Numbered from the stretch's first letter, positions 1 to 14,925 are shown. The stretch is DNA of 64,000 nucleotides from the human T2T-CHM13v2.0 reference genome, Homo sapiens (GCF_009914755.1 NC_060927.1), one strand, 5' to 3'. The notes: generated by a model from the letters alone, not told the origin. Translations and numbers: made by a program.

Positions 1-1048
1 AGCTTCAAGTCTTTATACAGTATATTTATTCAATATATATTTTTACTTGAACATGGGGAAGATATTGGAGTGGCTGGAGATTTATGAACCTAAATAAATA
101 AAATGATGCATAAAACTCACTGGAGAGTGAGTTTATCATTGTTTATCATTGCAAACAAGATGAGCAACAATATTTATGCAAAACTAGGGGGAAACCCTAA
201 CAAAATATAATATTTATATAATCTTAACTAACAATGTTGCAAGTCCACAAATATTTTTTAAATTCCCTGGAACATCATTTGATATGAAAGGAAAGAGTTT
301 GAGGCTACGATCCTTCTGCTCTGCGCCTTGTCCTAGGAGGCCAGACTGTCAATCCACGAGGGATGGCGCAGTAGGTCAGCCATGGATTGAACCTGGTGGT
401 CTCACTTGCAGTCTAGGGTTTACTGGAGAGGTGCAACAAAGTCAGAAAATAAAAAATTTTAATGCTAGAAGGACCATTCATGGCATTTTTACAGAAGAGG
501 AAACAAAGGCTGAGATGCTGAGATAATTATAGTGACCTGCCTGAGGTCACAAGTTACCACCTTGTAGATTCTAAATAAGAAAAATGATCTCTAGACTCCC
601 AGAGGTTGGAGCCATGAAGCTCTAATCGCAAGGTTTCCAGAGAAGACTTCTTGTTCAGTATTATGGCAGAAAAAGGGTGGTGCTGGGTGGCCTGAAGAGA
701 AGGGATAAGGGAGGAACTGGGGTCTACTTTAGAACTATCGATGAATGGTCCTGGGATCTTTGATAGCCCTTTTTCTGAATGTGATCCTAAACTATGGTTT
801 CAAAATGACCTGGTCCTCTAAGAGTGTTTCTGTCTAGGCCTTCTGGACTCAGAGGTCTTGGATACACCTCTTAGGCACTCTGGCTTTCTTCCTAAAGGAG
901 TCAGACAGAACTCTAGGGCTGGGAGTGAAGGACAGAAGATGGTCTATGTAGTGTGGTAGAGTTTTTAAGACTCTTTTGCCAACTCTGTAGAAGAATGTGT
1001 TGGATCTCAAAATTTTGCATTTTAAACTCAAGTTTCCATTCTTTCCAG

Positions 1049-1084
1049 GGTATAAAGGGCCCCAAAGGTTTGGTAGATATGACG
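1049..1084 (+). pseudogene. COL6A4P2: Exon: last collagen Gly-X-Y exon (GIKGPKGLVDMT), 36 nt, phase 0-0
   Basis: ttccattctttccag|GGT ATA AAG GGC CCC AAA GGT TTG GTA GAT ATG ACG|gtagat. Confidence 0.8.
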
Positions 1085-1101
1085 GTAGATGAAGATTTTA
1101 A

Positions 1102-1425
<324 letters not shown>

Positions 1426-2397
1426 TAGAACACAAAGCTTTCCACTTTCACAAAATAGAAATCTGTTAATCTTAAAGATTCTTTAGTTTTTTCCTCTTAC
1501 AAATTCTGTTAGTACTTTAAGTTTATAGACTTTACTCTGAAATGTTATCGCCAAGTCAAATAAAAATAGTAGAATGGTATTTTAAATCTAGCAGGGAATT
1601 GGGGTGTTTTTGAGCAACACTAGTTGACATTAAAAAAGAAAAAGACTTTGAGGCTACTACCTTTCTGTAATGTGACTTTTTGTAACTCTCAAAAACTGCT
1701 TATAAAGTATTTATAAACCCACACACAGGCTTTTGAATAGCACAGGTTTCTGTGTTTCATGGAACACTTGAAAACAATCTCAAAAGTTATGATAGCGTTT
1801 CATCTCCCAAGTACAAAAATACTATTAGGCAGGGGGTGGGGGGTGTGGAGGCAACTGAGGAGCAGGAAGTGATGAGGACTGGGATGGAGAGAAGAACAGA
1901 ACAGAGAGGAAGGGATCGAAGGAAAGAAGCAGAATGACTAGGTGAGGTGTTAGGGGTGTCTGTCTTGGCAGTCATTCTAAAGAAGTGATATAGGAATTGC
2001 TATTATAATATAGAGTGCCAAGAATTGAAAGCATTTCCTTGCATTCTCTGCTGAGATTCTTTGGTTTCAACTTCTTCAAAATCAGGTTTTATTCCATTAC
2101 TTTGTAAGGCAGATTTAAAAAATGGGTACCCCTTATCTACCTATCTCCAAAAATATGGGCACTACATTGCACACACATCTTTTAAGTGTTTTAAAATATC
2201 GACAGGATTTGGAAATGTAATTGTAGAGTATCTCATCGGCTCTGACAATTTTTGGGTTTTCTGTTGTAGATTAAAAAGCTTCAGATAGGCACTGATAACA
2301 TCCATATGACATTCCTAAGGTGACATGTGTGAATAAAAATATGCTTCAAGTTAGATACTTTTTCCTTTTTCCTGTTCTCCCCCCATCTTTTTAACAG

Positions 2398-2434
2398 CCT
2401 TGCAAAATTGTTGATTTCACACGTGAAAACTGCC
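2398..2434 (+). pseudogene. COL6A4P2: Exon: Cys-containing post-helix linker (PCKIVDFTRENC), 37 nt, phase 0-1
   Basis: Long pyrimidine tract, ttaacag|CCT TGC...AAC TGC C|gtaagt consensus donor. Homologous to COL6A3 QCALIQSIKDKCP. Confidence 0.88.
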
Positions 2435-3199
2435 GTAAGTTGTTTCGGAAAGGCTCAAAAGGAGCCAGTGGTATGAGCTGGGGATGGATTACGGATTAGG
2501 GGCATAAGTCACCTGAGGCTTTGGCTGAGGTTTGGAAGGTGCCTGATTCATTGCGAAAGGCTCTTATAAATTCATCCATTGGGCTCAGTTACCCTTTAGG
2601 TAAGTAATCTTTCCCAATGTGGTCTCAGAAATAAAGTGGATTGACAGCATGCCATCTCAACGATGAAGAGAAGCTCCACTGAGCAATACTGTGCCCCAGG
2701 AGATGTCATAACTGCACACCTGTGTGCCTACATCTTGCTGCTTCTTATCACAAAACAAAGGAGGTTTGTTCTTTTTATGTAACCCTATTAAATAGGAGGG
2801 ATCAATAGTCACCCTTTGAGAAGAAATCTGTCCTATTTTATTTACAGTTGTGTTTTGAAAATGGAATTATGAACAATCCAATCTTAAGTAATGTTTTGTC
2901 ACATCCTCAAGTTGGAATTTATTTATTATGTTCAATGCATTCCAGGATATTTGTGTCCTATGATATGTACAGTTATCTACTTAATGGCCATGGGGTGAGA
3001 ATGTAGATTTGGCAAATTGCTTAGTTTGGAAGTTTGGGTTTTCTCTGCAATCATCCTGCCCTTCTTACCCTAACCCTTCCATGTTCTCTCTGTTCCCATC
3101 CAGTGGCTGTTCAGAGAGATTCTGGACTTCTTTTTCCTATAAATCATAAAGAATAATACCATCAGTGTGATTATGAATTAAAAGAGTCTCAGCGTCAAC

Positions 3200-3870
3200 C
3201 ATGTAAAAAGTTAAAACCTTTTTACATTGAGGGATGCCATGAAGTCAAAAGTAAACAGAAAAGTGGGAAAAAATAGTTTGTAATATAAGCAAAGGACACA
3301 GGCAAAGGAACTAACTTCCTTACTATATCATGTTGAAATATAAAAAATTGCTACTGCTCAGTCATTTTTATCTACAAACACAGACATTGCATAATGGCTA
3401 AAACTAAATGTAAAAACAAAAAAACACCACTTTTAGAAAATGGGCAAAAGACATGAATGGGAGATTCAGAAAAGAAAATATACAAACGTACAATAAACCT
3501 GTAAAAATGTTCAACTTCACCAGAAGTCATAGAATATAAATTAAAACAATGAGATACCCATTTTGTCTCTCAGGTTGGAAGTGTTTTAAAAATGCCAGAA
3601 AAATTCCTATTCAGATTGGGAAATGTGTAAGAGTACATATTGCTGATGGGAGTGTACATTGATACAACTTTTCTGAAGAGCAACTGGCTGGACCATGCAT
3701 ATAAAATCAATACTTACAGAGATTTATATAGGGCTATGATTGGACAAATGTGCACAGATACATGTGCAAGTATGCTCCTCATAAAGGATCATCTATATAG
3801 TAAAATAGATGATATTGCTCTAAATTTATTGATGGAAAAAAATCATTACACACTAAGTGAATAAAGATTC
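3200..3870 (+). mobile_element. Old L1 (L1M) fragment
   Basis: Degenerate ORF2 3' motifs (aaatgggcaaaagacatgaat, aaaacaatgagatacc). Boundaries approximate. Confidence 0.6.
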
Positions 3871-4728
3871 AGAATAAATATATCTTAAGCTCCAAGTTTT
3901 ATAAAATGAAATGAAATAATTATATATTTATTATTTATATACATAAATACATATACATGATGAATTAAGGGTAATTCTATTTTTTGTTTTTTTTAGTATT
4001 TTTTGAAAATGTATTACTTGTATACACACACATATATAATACATATAGTTTATAATTAATATATATGTAATTTTATATGTGTATATATTATATACATGTA
4101 TATAATATAGTTTCAGAATAGCTCAATGTATTCATTAGGTTTAAGTTCAGTTGAATGTGACCTAAATCCTCAGTAACAGTGGTACAAATGTTATTTCTGA
4201 AACCATAGGCTGGAACTAGTCAGTTCAGGTTGATATGGAGCCTGTGGTGGTCAGGGATTAGTCCCTTTATATTTTCCTGCTTTGCCATTGTGTGTATATG
4301 GGATGTTCTATTCCCCAAATTGCTTCATGGTCTGAAAATATATCAGGCTTCAGTCATCACATCTATATTTCAACCATCAGGGAAAGGAAGGGAAAGGAGA
4401 AGAATATTTTTTCAGTTTTACCTATCATCTTTCCTATTCTATTACCTAGAATTTGTAAGATGGCTAAGTTGGGAAATGTTGTCTTTGTTCCAGGCATCCA
4501 TATGCTCAATGTGAAATTGGGGGTTCCATGACTATAGAAAAAAAGGGAGAATGGATTTTGGGGGACAAGTAGAGGTCTCTGCTACACTCAGCAGGAGCCT
4601 GAGAAGGCCATGCTTGAATTTCTCAGAAAAGATGGTTTTTCATATTGAAGCACACACATGGGAAAGGTGCCACTGCCTACATAAGCTAACAATGTCTTCT
4701 TTTCTCTCCAAAATAATTTCCCTTCCAG

Positions 4729-4740
4729 TTTGTTCAAGAG
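4729..4740 (+). pseudogene. COL6A4P2: 12-nt microexon ((L)CSR(G)), phase 1-1
   Basis: tttcccttccag|TT TGT TCA AGA G|gtaaat. Bridges the flanking phase-1 exons and corresponds to COL6A3 PCCYG. Confidence 0.75.
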
Positions 4741-4829
4741 GTAAATAATATTCCTTCTTACTCACTTCAATCCTTACCTCTTTCAAGGCATTACAGAATA
4801 TCTTAAATCTGTGTATCTGTTGTCTCAAG

Positions 4830-5321
4830 GTATTTCCAAATGCCCAGCATTCCCAACTGAAGTGGCCTTTGCCTTGGACATGTCAAATGATGTCTCCCTG
4901 TTGGATTTTGAGAGGATGAGAGACATTTTATTGTCTCTGTTGATGAAGATGGAAATAAGTGACAGTAACTGCCCAACAGGTGCCCATGTGGCCATTGTTT
5001 CCTACAATGCCAAAACCAATTACTTGGTTCGTTTCTCAGACTACAAGGGGAAGGTTGCACTCCTGGAGGCTGTCAGGAACATCCCCCTGGAGCAGTCATC
5101 TGGCCGCAGGAACCTCGGGGCCACCATGAGGTTTATGGCGAGACGTGTTCAAACGTGTACGCTCGGGTCTTCTCATGAGGAAGGTGGCTGTGTTCTTCCA
5201 GGCGGGCTGGGCCTATGATGCAGCTTCCATCAATACAGCCACACTGGAGCTTGCTGCAGTGGGCATCATCCCCGTGGTCATCACCTTCACAGAGGGGCAC
5301 AACCTCCCGGACACCCTGCTG
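4830..5321 (+). pseudogene. COL6A4P2: Exon: VWA domain C1, frameshifted at ~5144
   Basis: tgtctcaag|GT ATT TCC AAA TGC...CTG CTG|gtatgt. Homology shifts from ORF 4811 to ORF 5145 at AGA C GTG TTC. The exon is 492 nt where phase 1-0 requires a length of 2 mod 3. Confidence 0.93.
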
Positions 5322-5519
5322 GTATGTACGGGGAACCACAAGTGGGCAGGGAGCTGGGGGTGTTAACACCTGGTTTCTACCTCTCCATCAAGAACCACAT
5401 GAGGAATGAGAGATGTTTAGGGAAAGAATTTCCCTGGAATTGATGTGTATGCAAGGAGTGAGGACTCTCAGTATGGCCTGTATACTGGTGCTACTCCTAG
5501 TACCCACTGGCTAATCTTG

Positions 5520-5720
5520 GGCAACCTATTCTGTGCTATGTGCCTCATATACATTATCTTACTTAATGAGTCCCACAACTCTGTAATGTAGGTGTTATTG
5601 TTTATTTCCAATTCCAGGATAAGAAAACGAGGGCTTATGGAGGTTAAATATATCATCAAAGGCCAAATAGTTAGTGGCAGATATGGTCTGCCTCCAGAGC
5701 CTGTGCTTAACCACTATGCT
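5520..5720 (-). mobile_element. MIR
   Basis: cacaactctgtaatgtaggtgttattg...gaggttaaat...cttaaccactatgct MIR core. Confidence 0.65.
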
Positions 5721-5789
5721 AAACTATATCATTGGAGGTCAGAGAATACAATTTTCTTCCTTTTTAAAAACCAGAATATAACATACATA

Positions 5790-6170
5790 CTCATGTAACA
5801 AAGTGGGCAAAGTGCAGTAATTTTAAATGTACAGATGGATGAATTTTTATATATGTTTAAATCCCTGTGACGGATACGTGGTTCAAGATATAGAACACAT
5901 TCAGTGCCCTGTAAGTTTTCTTCATGTTCTTTGTGCAACCATAAAGCAGTCACTCCCCATGGTAATTGCTTCTCTGAGTTCTATCACAATCAAGTACTTT
6001 TTGCCTGTTCTGGACCGTCATATATTGGGTCATACAGCATGTACTCATTTGTATCTGGCTTCTTCCAGCCAGCATGGTGTCTCTTCTTGTTCCTCCATGT
6101 CGTGTGTGTGGGTAGTTTGTTCTTTATTATTCCTGTGCAGTATTCCATTGTATGTATACATAACCATTTA
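5790..6170 (-). mobile_element. Old L1 3' end fragment (L1ME-like)
   Basis: Antisense L1 3' motifs (atggatgaattttt, tagtattccattgtatg). Confidence 0.6.
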
Positions 6171-7730
6171 TTTACTTATCTATTCTCCAGACTTTACTTT
6201 CCTAATTGAAACCCATGCAACACACTCTGATGGAATATCTGGGATGATTTATCAGAATGAAGGGCGATTTTCTTCTTAAGAGATTCCAGGCTGCTTATGA
6301 ATGTTAGGTTGGATCATGGGATATTGGCAATATTTCACCAGTTTTGAGCTGCAGAAATGGAAATGTTACATGGTTCAACATAACAGCTAATCAATTCAGC
6401 CCATTTAATTTTCTCTGAAGGTTCAGTGTGCAGCAGAAGTGGTAGGTGAGAGATTTTGTTGACACAGCTCTGAATATGCACATAAGAATCAATAAAGTTG
6501 TGACAGCTTCCAAACTGTGGGGAAGGATGGACAAAATATCTTGAGTTGAGAAAGTTAAAATGCAGAGAATGAGTTCCTTGTTCATCCTTACATCCCTCTT
6601 GCCTACTATGATGTCTGTACAGGGGGGGTTGGTAGGGTACATCCTCAAAACTGCTAGAATGGATTTATAAAGGCAGGGTATAAACAAATAGCTAATTAAA
6701 TTAGAGATGCAGCTTTTGTCTTTGGCTCTCTCATCAATAGTGAGGTGCCTTTGGACAAGTCTCTTCACCTTTCTTGGTCTTATTTTACTCAGCTCAAAAA
6801 TGGAGAGGGGTTGCAACTAGATATTGTCCAGGCTCCCTTCCAGGTGTAATTATCAAAGCGTTTATTTCTCAGGAAGGGATTTCCTTAACATTTGGAGAGT
6901 GATTCCTGGGGTGTGATCACATCCCTCCAATGCTCATCAGTGCTGCTCTCTGAGAGGGAATCTTGGGCAGACAGTGTTGGGATCTTGCACACAGATGATC
7001 CTTTGTTGTGATGTTCTTGCCCTCTTAGTTGCCTTAGGTTCTGAGTAAAGGGATATAACGGTATGTGAGAAGGTCGTGCCAGCTTGTGTACTTGAACCTC
7101 AGTTCTGTCATTTCTATCTGCTCTCCTCTTCATTTATTGGACATATTCTTACCCCAGGATGCTGGGAGACAACTTCGTGTTCTTTAAATTTAACAGTTTA
7201 CAAAGCATGTTAAATGATACTTGCCAGCTCAGCTATAATGAGTAACCTCATTTCTGGTGACATTGGTAAGGAGAGAAACTGTAAAAATGACAACTGCATT
7301 CTCAGGACCTTTCAGAAAATCCTCATTTCTTCACAACTGGGCAGAAAATTCAGCCCTTAACCTCCCCTACTCTGTTCCTCAGCCTTAGCGGAATCCAGTT
7401 AGGAGAGTGGAAATATCTTGTGATTTTTCTTCTGAATTATCTGCCTGAAGGCTTTCTTTGATTATGTGTGGGGCTTTGTCTTTCACCTCTATGTTATTTT
7501 GATTTTCAGAACAACACCCACATGCTGCTTCTGGAAAAATGATGGTTGTTCAATTTGAAGCAATTATGTAAACAGATGTCCTAACTTCCCAGTCCATTTA
7601 AACATGCTTAGAAGCTGTGGTGCATATTGAAAAGGTTTATAAAGCCATCCATGGAGTTGTCTCAGACCTAAATAAAACTGCATTATAACATTTGGACTTT
7701 CTGTGCCTAATCCCTTTGTTAAGAAATGTC

Positions 7731-8027
7731 ACATGGACACAGGAAGGGGAATATCACACTCTGGGGACTGTGGTGGGGTCGGGGGAGGGGGGAGGGATAG
7801 CATTGGGAGATATACCTAATGCTAGATGACACATTAGTGGGTGCAGCGCACCAGCATGGCACATGTATACATATGTAACTAACCTGCACAATGTGCACAT
7901 GTACCCTAAAACTTAGAGTATAATAAAAAAAAACAAAAAAAAAACAAAAAAAAACTAAGTTTTAGAAATAATATTGACAGTATACTATATTCAAATAAAT
8001 GTTGTTAAAACATGAAAAAAAAAAAAA
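7731..8027 (+). mobile_element. 5'-truncated L1HS-Ta with 3' transduction
   Basis: ~190 bp of L1 3' UTR with the Ta diagnostics ACA (7831-7833, GATGACACATTAGTGGG) and G (7916, ACTTAGAGTA). A-tail 7925-7954, unique sequence 7955-8014, second A-tail 8015-8027. TSD aagaaatgtc at 7721-7730 and 8028-8037. Confidence 0.93.
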
Positions 8028-8085
8028 AAGAAATGTCTAATTGCCTTATGTCTCAAAAGAAGACTTCATTAGACCCATTTTTTTT

Positions 8086-9440
<1,355 letters not shown>

Positions 9441-9544
9441 TTAAGTTAAAAAGCAGAGGATTACAAGGAAAATGCAATTTGTGGCCAGGTTTCAAATTTT
9501 GTTTTTCTTTATAAAAAGTCTAGCCCATGTTCCCTTGAAACAAT

Positions 9545-9700
9545 GCCTAATAGCTCACATTTATTGATCTAGGCACTGTTCTAAGATCTTATTGAGTCAT
9601 TTAATCCTCACAGCAGTCCAATGAGATAAGTGTTATTATGAGCCCATTTTTCAGATGATGAAACTGAGACACAGAGAAGTTAAATAACTTGCTCAAGGTC
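9545..9700 (-). mobile_element. MIR
   Basis: tttaatcctcacagc...cccatttttcagatgatgaaactgagacacagagaagttaaataacttgctcaagg. Confidence 0.8.
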
Positions 9701-10329
9701 TGGAATTCTCATTAGCAATGGGATTTTCAAAAGTCAAAAATCAAAAACAGGAAAAGAAGAGAGACTTTAGAAGATTTAAGTTCTTTCCCTGTATTTATCC
9801 ATTTTATCTTTACAATAACACAATGACACAGGTCTATGAATTGGCCCTATTTCGAGTTCTGTGTATTGCTCTTAAAAAAGAAGGCCAAGCAATGGAATGA
9901 TAGCTATAATGGGAGGCAAACAAAAAAATCACCTTTAGAAGCTGAAAACATTAAGAGAAAGGCTAAATTTTGGGGGTATATTTTTGTATAATTTCAAAAT
10001 TCAGATAATTTCAGTAGGACATTCTTTTCTATTTTGGGGAGACAATAAAATATATGTATTTATTTTTATTTTATTTGTAATCGACAAATAATAATTGCAT
10101 ATATTTATGGGGTATAAAGTGATGTTTTGATACATATATACATCATGTAACAATCAACTCAGAGGAATCAACATATCTAAAGTTGGGAACATTTCTTTTG
10201 AAGAAAGGTGGTCTTGGGTTATGCAGTTAGGCCCTTTCAGAGAAGGCCTATGGCTGCTCTGTTCTCCGCCAGACTGTTAATGCCCTAAGGCCAGGACCAG
10301 CACCAAAGGAAGAATTAGGCAATGAGGCT

Positions 10330-10500
10330 TCAAACCGTGGTTTTGTCCCTTATGTCATCTGGGCATGTTATTTGGCAGTGGGGCCCCCTTAATTTATTCT
10401 CTGTAAAATGGGGATAAACTCACAGGATTGTTGTGAGAATTATAAGAGATGGTACCCACAGGGATACCTGACACTTTCTATGTGTTTACTCAATTGGGTC
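10330..10500 (+). mobile_element. MIR
   Basis: ctgtaaaatggggataa...caggattgttgtgagaatt. Confidence 0.65.
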
Positions 10501-10634
10501 ACTATATTACCATCTTCTTGAGGTCTATAAGAATGCCCTTTGCGCACTATTTATTAAATCTGATAGTGAGTGCCTATGGAGTTCCAGCCACCATGCCACA
10601 TGCTTTCCATGCCTTATCATCCCAACCCCTCCCT

Positions 10635-10780
10635 ATTCAAAATGTGGTTCAGGGACCACCACCAGCAGCAGCATCACCCAGCATGTGATGCCTTTCCCCT
10701 GATGGAAGCGATCAGGATCTGTATTTATAACAAGATCCCCAGATGGTTTGCATAAATGTTAAAATTTTAGGAGTATTGGT
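10635..10780. mobile_element. MER5-type hAT DNA transposon relic
   Basis: tcaaaatgtggttcagggacc..cagcagcatcacc..tttataacaagatccccagatg. Confidence 0.65.
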
Positions 10781-13546
10781 CTGAGCCTCATAGCTATGCT
10801 ACAAGTTAATAATGATAATTGTACATTTCCCAGATATGTGAAGGCCAGAGGTGAAGTTACTTGTTCTCAGCTACAGAGTCCTGAAATTTGCATTCAGATA
10901 TGGCTGGTTCCTAAGTCTCACTATACAACCTAAACCCTTAACCCAGTGCTGACACCTAATGTTTTCCAAGGAATCTAGGAAGAGTTGGCTGTTTCATGGC
11001 AGTCTTTGGTGGGACCATGCCAACTGGAAGGAGCCGAAACTGGACTCAAGCTCCTGGGGTCAGTCACGGGTTACCTGGCTACTCTCTCCCTCTGTCTCCT
11101 TCCCCCTACTTTTTCCAGTTTGCTGTCCTTGTTTCTCAAGTCCTTACTTCAACTTGATGACAGATGGTTTCTAATTCTCTCTCCTTAGGGTCCAGTTAGT
11201 TCTTCCTCTGTCCAAGGCAAATCCTCCTTTCTAGCACTTGCTTCTTTCTACTGTATTCTCATCTTTCCAAGCCAAGAGACTCCCCCAACTCAGTCCCAGA
11301 GATGAACATTATCCCATGGCTTCTGGCAGCTTAGTACGACAGCTGATGCATTGACTTTAACCCACAGGGTTAAGTTTGAGTCAGGGATCATGGGGAGTTT
11401 TTTTTTTTAATGTTGAGAGTTGAAGTTTGAGAGTTGTCCTTGTACTCCTTGAGAAATGTCTTTCTGTCTATCAAACAAAAAAGGATGTTAATTTAACCCC
11501 TTTGCCATATCCTTTCCCCTCAATATACTCCTGTCTTTAGCACACAACTAGTCCCAACAAACCACAACTGGACATTTAGGGATGAAGTTGGTTGAGAGAA
11601 TTGCTAAAGGTGCTGATTCAAACTATGGTAAAAATTTGAACCTCAAGCAGACCTCTTGGTTTATGTTAAAGACACACTCTACTGATATTTCCTTCTCTGG
11701 TGTTGATGGGACTTTGCAGTAGGAATCGTACACAGTTTTCTCCTCTCCTCCCACGCTATCTCGCTGCTTGAACTTTCTCAGGAAGTATCTTGTCTATTTT
11801 ATCAGTGACAAGGACCATGCTGGCAAGTCCAAAGTCAAAGTAATTAAATGTTTATTAATAACAACTAGGTACAGATGAATCTATACTGAATCATAGCTTC
11901 CCTGTGGACTTTTATCATGTTTTTGTTCCCACAATTTTGTTTTTGCAGGAACAGTACAAATTTTAAATATGATCATAAAATTGTTTGTTAGAAAAGGTTT
12001 TAAAAGGTAAGTGTTCAAATTCAGTGGAATTTGATAGTTTTCCAGCAAATATCTATAGAATAAAGATAGAAGAGTTATGTGCTCTGAGCTGCTTAAAGTG
12101 GAAAAGTTGGTGCATTGTCCTGATCAAGAAGCAAATAGAGAAGGTAGTTACCTAGGACCAGGCTGTGTTGGAAAAGGAAGAGAACTCAGGGGCATTGACT
12201 CTTTCCCTAAAACTCTGTTGCTGAGGAAACTGAAGCCAGAGGTTTATCCAAGGCCACATAGCCAATTATAGCCAATGAAGGACTAGGACCCAGGTTCCTG
12301 ACCTCTAATCTGTTAGTGCTGCACATAACTTTCCCTATGAACCATCTCTAAGACAAAGGAGAATGAATTTATACAGACTTGGGGGAATGTTCAAATTTGT
12401 TTGAAGTCTTTCATGCTACTTTAAAAAGTCACTGAAATTTTTGCATTTTATAATATACTTCACCCATGTTTCCTGTGCTTAAAAAATAACGTACACTAAC
12501 TTAGCATTTCCCTACAACTGTCGGAGTAAAATTGATGCACCCAGAGTTATCGCAGCCTCTTCATATCTCCTGACACATTGCCATGAATTCTGGGTTCAGA
12601 AGCCTTCCAGATTGCCTCGTGTGATTTCCAGTACAGCTAGTGATGTGTCATATTCCTGCCTACGCTGTTTTCTCAATCCCTGGTGATTAATTAGGTCCAT
12701 TTGGCTTGGTCAGTACCCAGATCTGATGATCATGTGCAGTAGTTCTGAGTGTTGAATGTTGGCAGCGCTGCACTCACTTTTCATGCCAGCTTTCTTCACA
12801 TGGCAAGGAGTTCCACAGATGTGCGCCATGCAGCTGCAGGTTGGAGGTGGGTGTACGCTAATCTGTGGGAGCAAGAGCATAGAGCAGAACTCCAGAGATA
12901 AGCACAGTCCGCCTCTGGGCCTTTGTACATGCTGTCCCTTCACACTAGAATGCATTTCCCTGCTTCTTTGCCAGTTAAATATCGACTTATTCTCTCAAAA
13001 GTGCCAGATGCCATAATTTTCATTAGGTTTCCTCTGTTCCTTTCCCTTGAAATGAAAATCTCCTCTTCCTGTGCTCCTTAAATATATTATTGGAGCTCTT
13101 TCTTGTTTGAAAATCATTTATCTATCTTTCTACTTGGATTTTAATCTCTTTGAAGATGTGGCCATGTCATCTTTATATCTCCAAATGGCTTGTTAATGCT
13201 TTCATGTAGTATCTGTTTAATCAGTCTTGATTGATTTGCATTTCTAAGTTAAGAAAAAGCCTAATTTAAGGTTGCTTTTGCCATATAAGGAGCAAGAGAG
13301 GATGCTTTTTGCTTTTATTCTTAGGAGACTTAGGCCTGTTCCCATGGTTTTCTGTGTTACGTTAGCATAAACATTGAACTCTTCATATTTCTTTTCCCAC
13401 TAGGATTTTTTTTCAAGTAATCTGACTCTGAAAGACAATATTTGGGATACACTACAGTCCCGAGCAGAAAGAGTGAAGAGCTCTGTAATGTTAAGAAACT
13501 TTGTTTGCAAATTAACCCCTGACTGTCTATCTTCCTGAGGTCTAGC

Positions 13547-13594
13547 CTGACATCTTCATATCCTCAGCATCTAACATCTTCATATCCTCAGCAT
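13547..13594. repeat. 24-bp tandem duplication (2 copies, 1 mismatch)
   Basis: ctgacatcttcatatcctcagcat / ctaacatcttcatatcctcagcat. Confidence 0.9.
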
Positions 13595-14925
13595 GTTGCT
13601 ACCTGGAGGAGGGCCCAGAGCCTGCTTGTTCCTGCCCACACAGATGAAGGAGGAGAAGCTGACTCTCAGTGGGGCCCTTTTCTGCATGCTTTGCCAGACA
13701 GTAGATACAAAGATGGACATGACTAAGCTTAGACATCCACCTCTTTGTAAACCACACCTCAAATCTTGAGAGAAACATTTCTAGTTTCATCATGAGTTTG
13801 ACATTCTGCAAATTGTCTGTATAAGTCATGGCAGGTTAACTGTGAAACCTTCTTTTCCAAGTCTCAGTGTCTTAACAAACATAAGTGGTTATTTCTGCCA
13901 CCTGTCATAAGTGGATATGGGCCCTTGTGTATGTTTGTGTGGGAGAAGGCATGTTTTGCTACATGCCACTGTTTTGGGATGTGGGCTGCTTCTGTCAGCA
14001 GCCCCATTATATCGTAGGGCCTCAAAGCCTTTTTCTGGATCCTCCTCACCTGACTGGCAGATGAGGGGAGAGGGAGTAATGGAGTACAGTGCATGCACTG
14101 GAAATGACATATGTCACTTCTACCTGCATCCCGTTGGCTAGACCCCAGTCAGTAGGCATCACCTAACTGCAAGAGGGGCTGGGAAATGTAGTCCAGCTGT
14201 GCCCTAGGAAGAAGAAGGAAGGGGTTTGCTGATCATCTAACTAGTTGACCCATGGACCTTGTTGGATTTATTGTTAATATTTTGCTTTTAAGCATTGTTA
14301 TTAGTTGTTAAATTAATCATAATTGAAAAGGCTAAGTAAAGGAGATAAACTAAATAAAGGAGATAAATTTATATCTCTCTAAAGCCTTCCCTGATCCCTC
14401 TTCACTCTTATATTCTGGTTGTGATATGTTTAGCTCTGACCACCAGGAATACTCTAGAGAGGATTCCCACATGGTGTCTACTGTTTCCATTCTAATGGTA
14501 TTTGACATTTACGACTGCCCCTTTGAAGAGTCTGCCATTCAGGTCAATAGCTCCCACCACACTGCATTCCGTGAACAATTAATAAAGATTTATGAAGTTT
14601 ACAAATGATTTAACGTTGTCTCCTTACTCCCATTCCGATGTGTGATATTGGCTGAGTTTTACACATATTGGGAGTCTGAAGACCCACGATACACATACCC
14701 ACACCAATGACAGTCCAACCTCCAGGTTAGAACTAGGGAACTAAATAGCAATAAATAACTGGAATGTATAATGCTGAGTTATTTGTACATATATTTATAT
14801 AATTATATATCCTTTAAAAATCATATTCATGTTTTTCTCATCTGAATAAGAAAACACATGAAAAAGATGGCCTGAAATTACTCCAGCTAATCATAAACTT
14901 GAGTGTGTGTGTGTGTTTGGATTAG

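Noticed and set aside
284-526. ORF with Gly-containing stretches (DGAVGQP, LGFTGE) as a possible further collagen exon
   Set aside because: No sustained Gly-X-Y register and no phase-0 AG/GT pair framing it.
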